From Macrostomum lignano (lineage: Eukaryota), in assembly GCA_002269645.1 (NCBI GenBank), contig NIVC01001861.1, positions 62,001-126,000 of the forward strand: a stretch of DNA of 64,000 nucleotides, read 5' to 3'. Shown here in pieces: positions 58,900 to 64,000 of the stretch (its first letter is position 1; each line of letters begins with the position of its first letter). The position numbers were made by a program, and so were the translations under genes. The notes beneath the pieces were generated by a model. That model was not told the origin of the DNA. It saw nothing but the letters and a program-made list of their open reading frames with translations, and ran no database searches.

Positions 58900-59690
58900 A
58901 ATACGGATAATCCCAATCCTTAACCCCCGTTAATATTCCCAATCCCAATCATCCAAATCCTTTATCCCAGTCTTTGATCCCGATTTCCAATCATCCTAAT
59001 CCCTTATCATAATCTCTGATCCCAATCCCGTATCCAACAGTCTTTGATCCCAATTCCAAGTATCCCAATCCTATCTGATATATCTCAGTCTTTGATCCCG
59101 ACTTCCAATTATCCTAATCCCTTATCCCAGTCTCTGATCCCAATCCCGTATCCAACAGTCTTTGATCCCACTTCCAAGTATTCCAATCCTATCTGATATA
59201 TCTCAGCTTTTGATCCCGACTTCCAATTATCCTAATCCCTTATCCCAGTCTCTGATCCCAATCCCGTATCCAACAGTCTTTGATCCCAATTCCAAGTATC
59301 CCAATCCTATCTGATATATCTCAGTCTTTGATCCCGACTTCCAATTATCCTAATCCCTTATCCCAGTCTCTGATCCCAATCCCGTATCCAACAGTCTTTG
59401 ATCCCAATTCCAAGTATCCCAATCCTATCTGATATATCTCAGTCTTTGATCCCGACTTCCAATTATCCCAATCCCATATCTATCTTTGATCCCAATTATT
59501 CCAATCCCAATTCCCAGTCTTTGATCCCAATCATTTCAATCCCATATCCCAATCTTTGATCCCAATTATCCCATCCCACATCCCAATCTCTGATCCCAAT
59601 TATCTCAATCCCAATTCCCAATCTTTGATCCCAATTATCCCAATCCAATACGAGCATCCTAGTCTCTGATCCCGATCCTCGATCCCATTC
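58900..59690. repeat. ATCCC-rich satellite with a 118-bp higher-order period
   Basis: TCTTTGATCCCGACTTCC recurs at about 59089, 59207, 59325 and 59443. Flanks are degenerate. Confidence 0.92.
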
Positions 59691-61195
59691 CAATCGCGTG
59701 TATCTCCCATCTCATTAAAATCCACGATCCGAATTCCTCATCTCACTCAATTATGCATGCAAGCAACGCCATGAAGTGTCTCGTGGCTGGTGAATTCAGG
59801 CAGATGGCAGCAAGGCAGATCATGCAAGTTTCTGAGAGGCAACTGCTGCAGCAGCAGCAGCCGAAGCAGGACCCCTCCCTACCCTCCCCCAGGGCAGATC
59901 TCGAGCCAACTTATCTCGTCGAGCAGGGCTAATATAGATGTTCGGCTGCGAGAAGTTTCCCCAACCGAAGCCACTCGACAGAGCGGAGGAGCTGACTGTA
60001 TACGGGAGAGCCCAGATCTCCAGCCCGTCTCATTTATTTACTCATTCTGGCTAATGAAACAAATAATTGTCTCATTATCCTGTTTCGGTAGGGAGTCGAG
60101 TCGTTTCGGGGATCGAATTTGCTCCGCCCGACTTCGAATAGCTGCGGGAAATCTCTTCGGCCAATTTCGAAGCCCGGAGGCAATTTTGGAGTCTCGGCTT
60201 GGTGCGGCGCAGGAGGCTGGGACGGAGGCTGTTGCTGGGCCTGCAGCTCCGCTCCATCTCCCGCTATCCTGTGATTGGAGTGGTTTGCCCGAAACCTAAC
60301 CCGATTACCTTGGGCCGAGCTCCCATCATCCTCATCAGCTCCGCAGCCTCCCCCTCCCCAGCCTCCCCGCCTCCGAGTTGAGGCGAAAAAGAAATCAAGA
60401 TTATTCGACCATAAAAACATTCGCTCGGCCCGGGCCAGAGCTGTCCATCGGCAATCCCCAATTTCGCTCTCAGTCTCAATCTCTCCAACGCGCTGCTCCT
60501 TCGACTCTGCCAGGCCAGGAGGTCGTCGCCGAGGCTCACCTGGACGACGCGAGTTCAAAGTTTGATAGCCGCAAGGTAGCTCAGCTCCTGCCGTCTCCGC
60601 GTCCTGTCCTGTCAAAGTTGCTGGCGCCAGGCCGCTGAGTGCCCCGGTAATAGTATCAGGTAAGCTGAGACAATTGCATTTGCGGGCATTACGGCCCGGG
60701 CGACCGACTGCCCCGGCCCACTTCTGCGGGCCTTGCTTAAACAAATACATGTATGATCAGCTTAGACTGCCAGCGCACGCGAGGGGGTCCGCCGCCCCAC
60801 CACCACCTAATAACTTCCTTCTCTATCCTGAATCCCACTCTTTGCGTTTCGCCTTCGGAGCGCTGGCGGTTCGACTCAGTGACTCTCTGTAGGTGCAAGG
60901 GGATTGGGGTGCTGTTTAGCCACAGATTTCCTTTACTTATAAATATTCGTTTAGTTAGCTGCCCTACATGTGCGTGTAAAGAAATCGTACTATACTCAAG
61001 CGAAAATGCGAGACCAAAGAGCCCCTTTGAGAGAACAGAACCTGCATAAAGTGCCATCCAATGTGTGCGGTAAAAAGTGAAGTTCACATTCTTTATTTGC
61101 TTTAATTACTTTAATAGTTTTACGCTACGATCTAATTAAAAAATGAAATAATTGCGGTGGCAGTGTAGTGTGCAGCTCATAATCCTAGTGTTTCA

Positions 61196-61710
61196 CTGAT
61201 AAAACTTCTGGGATAAGCGCAGATTTCACTAATAATAACAATAATAATAATAATTGATTATACCTGCCCTAATGGCCAGATGTGCAACCGACAGCTCAGC
61301 CGCAGCTATTGCGCGGCGCATCTGAAGGCTGCGTACGGCTGTTCAGTCCAAGGACTGGGGGTCGCCACACACAGCCTCAATGACCCCAGCTAATGCTGGC
61401 ACCCATTTTACAGCTGGGTGAACTGAAGCAATGCAGAGTTAAGTGTCTTGCTCAAGGACACAAATTGTTTCGAGTGAGTCAAGAATCGAACCCGCGACCT
61501 TCAAGTCGTGAGTCCGACGCTCTGACCACTAGGCTACAACCCCACTAGGCTGATAAAACTTCTGGGGTGAGCGCAGATTTTACTGATAAAACTTCTGGGT
61601 TAAGCGCAGATTTTACTGATAAAACTTCTGGGTTAAGCGCAGATTTTACTGATAAAACTTCTGGGTTAAGCGCAGATTTTACTGATAAAACTTCTGGGTT
61701 AAGCGCAGAT
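61196..61710. repeat. 33-bp minisatellite split by a SINE insertion
   Basis: CTGATAAAACTTCTGGGTTAAGCGCAGATTTTA occurs once before 61230 and about 5 times after 61550. Confidence 0.9.
61230..61543 (-). mobile_element. tRNA-derived CORE-type SINE, copy 3
   Basis: Aligns with copies 1 and 2 and has a (TTA)n tail. Confidence 0.88.
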
Positions 61711-61861
61711 CTGGGTCAAACTCAATTAAACCTTACGTATTATTCATTTCGTGAAAATCATCAGTTAAACAAAATCCGATTTAGGAACTGGCTATTGTAC
61801 TCTATAATATGCACAATACACCATGCACAGACATTGTCATGCAGCTTGGTTAGAGCTCGTT

Positions 61862-62962
61862 AAATCATGGGCGCTTAAGTTATGGGCGCTTAAGTCATGG
61901 GCGCTTAAGTCATGGGCGCTTACGTCATGGGCGCTTAAGTCATGGGCGCTTAAGTCATGGGCACTTAAGTCATGGGCGCTTTAAGTCATGGGCGCTTAAG
62001 TCATACACGCTTACGTCATGGGCGCTAAGTCATGGGCGCTTAAGTCATGGGCACTTAAGTCATGGGCGCTTAAGTCATGGGCACTTAAGTCATACACGCT
62101 TACGTCATGGGCGCTTAAGTCATGGGCGCTTGAGTCATGGGCACTTAAGTCATACACGCTTACGTCATGGGCGCTTAAGTCATGGGCGCTTGAGTCATGG
62201 GCACTTAAGTCATGGGCACTTAAGTCATGGGCACTTAAGTCATGGGCACTTAAGTCATGGGCACTTAAGTCATGGGCACTTAAGTCATGGGCGCTTAAGT
62301 CATGGGCGCTTAAGTCATGGGCACTTAAGTCATACACGCTTACGTCATGGGCGCTTAAGTCATGGGCGCTTGAGTCATGGGCACTTAAGTCATGGGCACT
62401 TAAGTCATGGGCACTTAAGTCATACACGCTTACGTCATGGGCGCTTAAGTCATGGGCGCTTGAGTCATGGGCACTTAAGTCATGGGCACTTAAGTCATAC
62501 ACGCTTACGTCATGGGCGCTTAAGTCATGGGCACTTAAGTCATACACGCTTACGTCATGGGCGCTTAAGTCATGGGCACTTAAGTCATGGGCACTTAAGT
62601 CATACACGCTTACGTCATGGGCACTAAGTCATGGGCACTTAAGTCATGGGCACTTAAGTCATGGGCACTTAAGTCATGGGCGCTTAAGTCATGGGCACTT
62701 AAGTCATACACGCTTACGTCATGGGCGCTTAAGTCATGGGCGCTTGAGTCATGGGCACTTAAGTCATGGGCACTTAAGTCATGGGCACTTAAGTCATACA
62801 CGCTTACGTCATGGGCGCTTAAGTCATGGGCACTTAAGTCATACACGCTTACGTCATGGGCGCTTAAGTCATGGGCACTTAAGTCATACACGCTTACGTC
62901 ATGGGCACTAAGTCATGGGCACTTAAGTCATGGGCACTTAAGTCATGGGCACTTAAGTCATG
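61862..62962. repeat. 15-bp satellite with higher-order variant pattern
   Basis: TAAGTCATGGGC(G/A)CT plus recurring variants TAAGTCATACACGCT-TACGTCATGGGCGCT and TGAGTCATGGGCACT. Confidence 0.97.
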
Positions 62963-64000
62963 CGCTGCTTTGGCTAAAAAAAACTCAATATTTTTGCAAC
63001 TATTTTTCGTCAACTTTCGTCAACTTTTCGTCAAAGTAATATTGCTTTTTAAAAAATTGCTGTTCGAATTCATGAAATTGTAAATAAAATCGACTTTTCT
63101 TTCTTGGAAAATCACTAGTTATCGTTCTTCCTGTTGACAAAAAATTGAAATTGAAATACTTGAACTTCCTGTGCCCAAGCATTTCGGAGTGGCTACTTAA
63201 AGTAGCTTCGGACCCTAGACCTTGTCTGTTCAAGAGCAATAAAGGAGTTTATTCGTTATTCGCTGGAACACTGCCATAAATAACCTATACAGATCACTCC
63301 GTAAAGAACAAATAAGGTTATTCTATAGCTATAGTCTATTCAGGCGTGTTTTCACCCTAGCCTACACAATAGACTGCTGCGTACGTGGCTTCGCTTAAAA
63401 AAGGTGCGAAAAACTCGTCACTTTTCCAGCCTCGGGGCGCTTAAGGAGGGGGATTGGGAAGGCGTGGCCTAAAAAGTCATTAGTGGGCGCGATGGACAAT
63501 GGGAGCATTGGAATTCTGGTCCAACTGGTGGCGGATTGCAGATCCCCGCGTATCCCATGCACCCCGCCGTGCATGGTCTCGCATTTGTGGCATTATTAGC
63601 CTTGATAAGGGTCCATAATGGCCTTAGGGGGGTATAACAATTCAAGTTTTTACAGGGGTAATTTAGAACTATATATAATAGTATTGCGGTAAACGTTACC
63701 TCCACAAAATTATTGAACACAATGTTGATTGCAAATGCAAAGAAAAAGCTAATGATTGGCTTGACACGTCTGTGGTTGTAAACGGTTTAATATTCTATTT
63801 AATAATAGATAGTAAATTTTAATCATACTGAATTTACTACTGTGTCCAGTTACTTCACAGGCACACAAAGTTGGATCACAATTCAAAAGAGCTTCGCTTT
63901 TGAACCGCAGACAGAAAGAAGCCTTCAAGCTAGATTGAGCAAAATCCCAGCCACTGAGTAATCTGCCTCACCCCTGAACCTCACTTCTGAAACTCAATCC

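Noticed and set aside
60034-60750. 238-aa minus-strand ORF and overlapping GC-rich ORFs
   Set aside because: No recognisable motifs; open frames on both strands are expected at this GC content.
62011-63083. (SWALK)n, (HDLSA)n and (HGHLS)n ORFs
   Set aside because: Frame-neutral 15-bp satellite.
63469-63720. Cys-rich ORF (CTAGCMGYAGICNP...CSHC) as a transposon zinc finger
   Set aside because: Short, with no supporting TIR pair or downstream domain within the window.

Overview
Eukaryotic (animal) genomic DNA with GC/CpG-rich exons, GT-AG introns packed with minisatellites, and nested transposons. The style resembles a flatworm such as Macrostomum, but this is unverified inference. No rRNA, bona fide tRNA gene or CRISPR array is supported. 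Left to right: (1) a minus-strand F-box/LRR gene running off the left edge, and a 4-exon minus-strand gene with an apparently catalytically degenerate NACHT/STAND domain; (2) MITEs and a CpG-depleted hAT fossil block (about 10-13.7 kb); (3) a 12.9-kb Ty3/Gypsy element (15270-28174; ~99% identical LTRs, GCGC TSD, tRNA-Glu PBS) inserted in a LINE fossil. Its single 1326-aa ORF reads gag - signal peptide plus env-like fragment - RT thumb - RNase H - integrase, with protease and RT core missing, and it carries extra accessory ORFs; (4) a second decayed LINE and a strongly CpG-depleted AT-rich block (about 31.8-38.4 kb); (5) a plus-strand, possibly polycistronic cluster: TMEM199/VMA12, an RRM-periphilin fusion, MICOS13/QIL1 and a divergent PARG with a ~400-aa insertion; (6) a distal mosaic of satellites, SINEs and an unexplained CpG-rich region. 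All homology calls come from motif recognition by eye, not from database searches. The top leads are the gag-env-pol-ordered Gypsy element and the RRM-bearing periphilin (HUSH-like).
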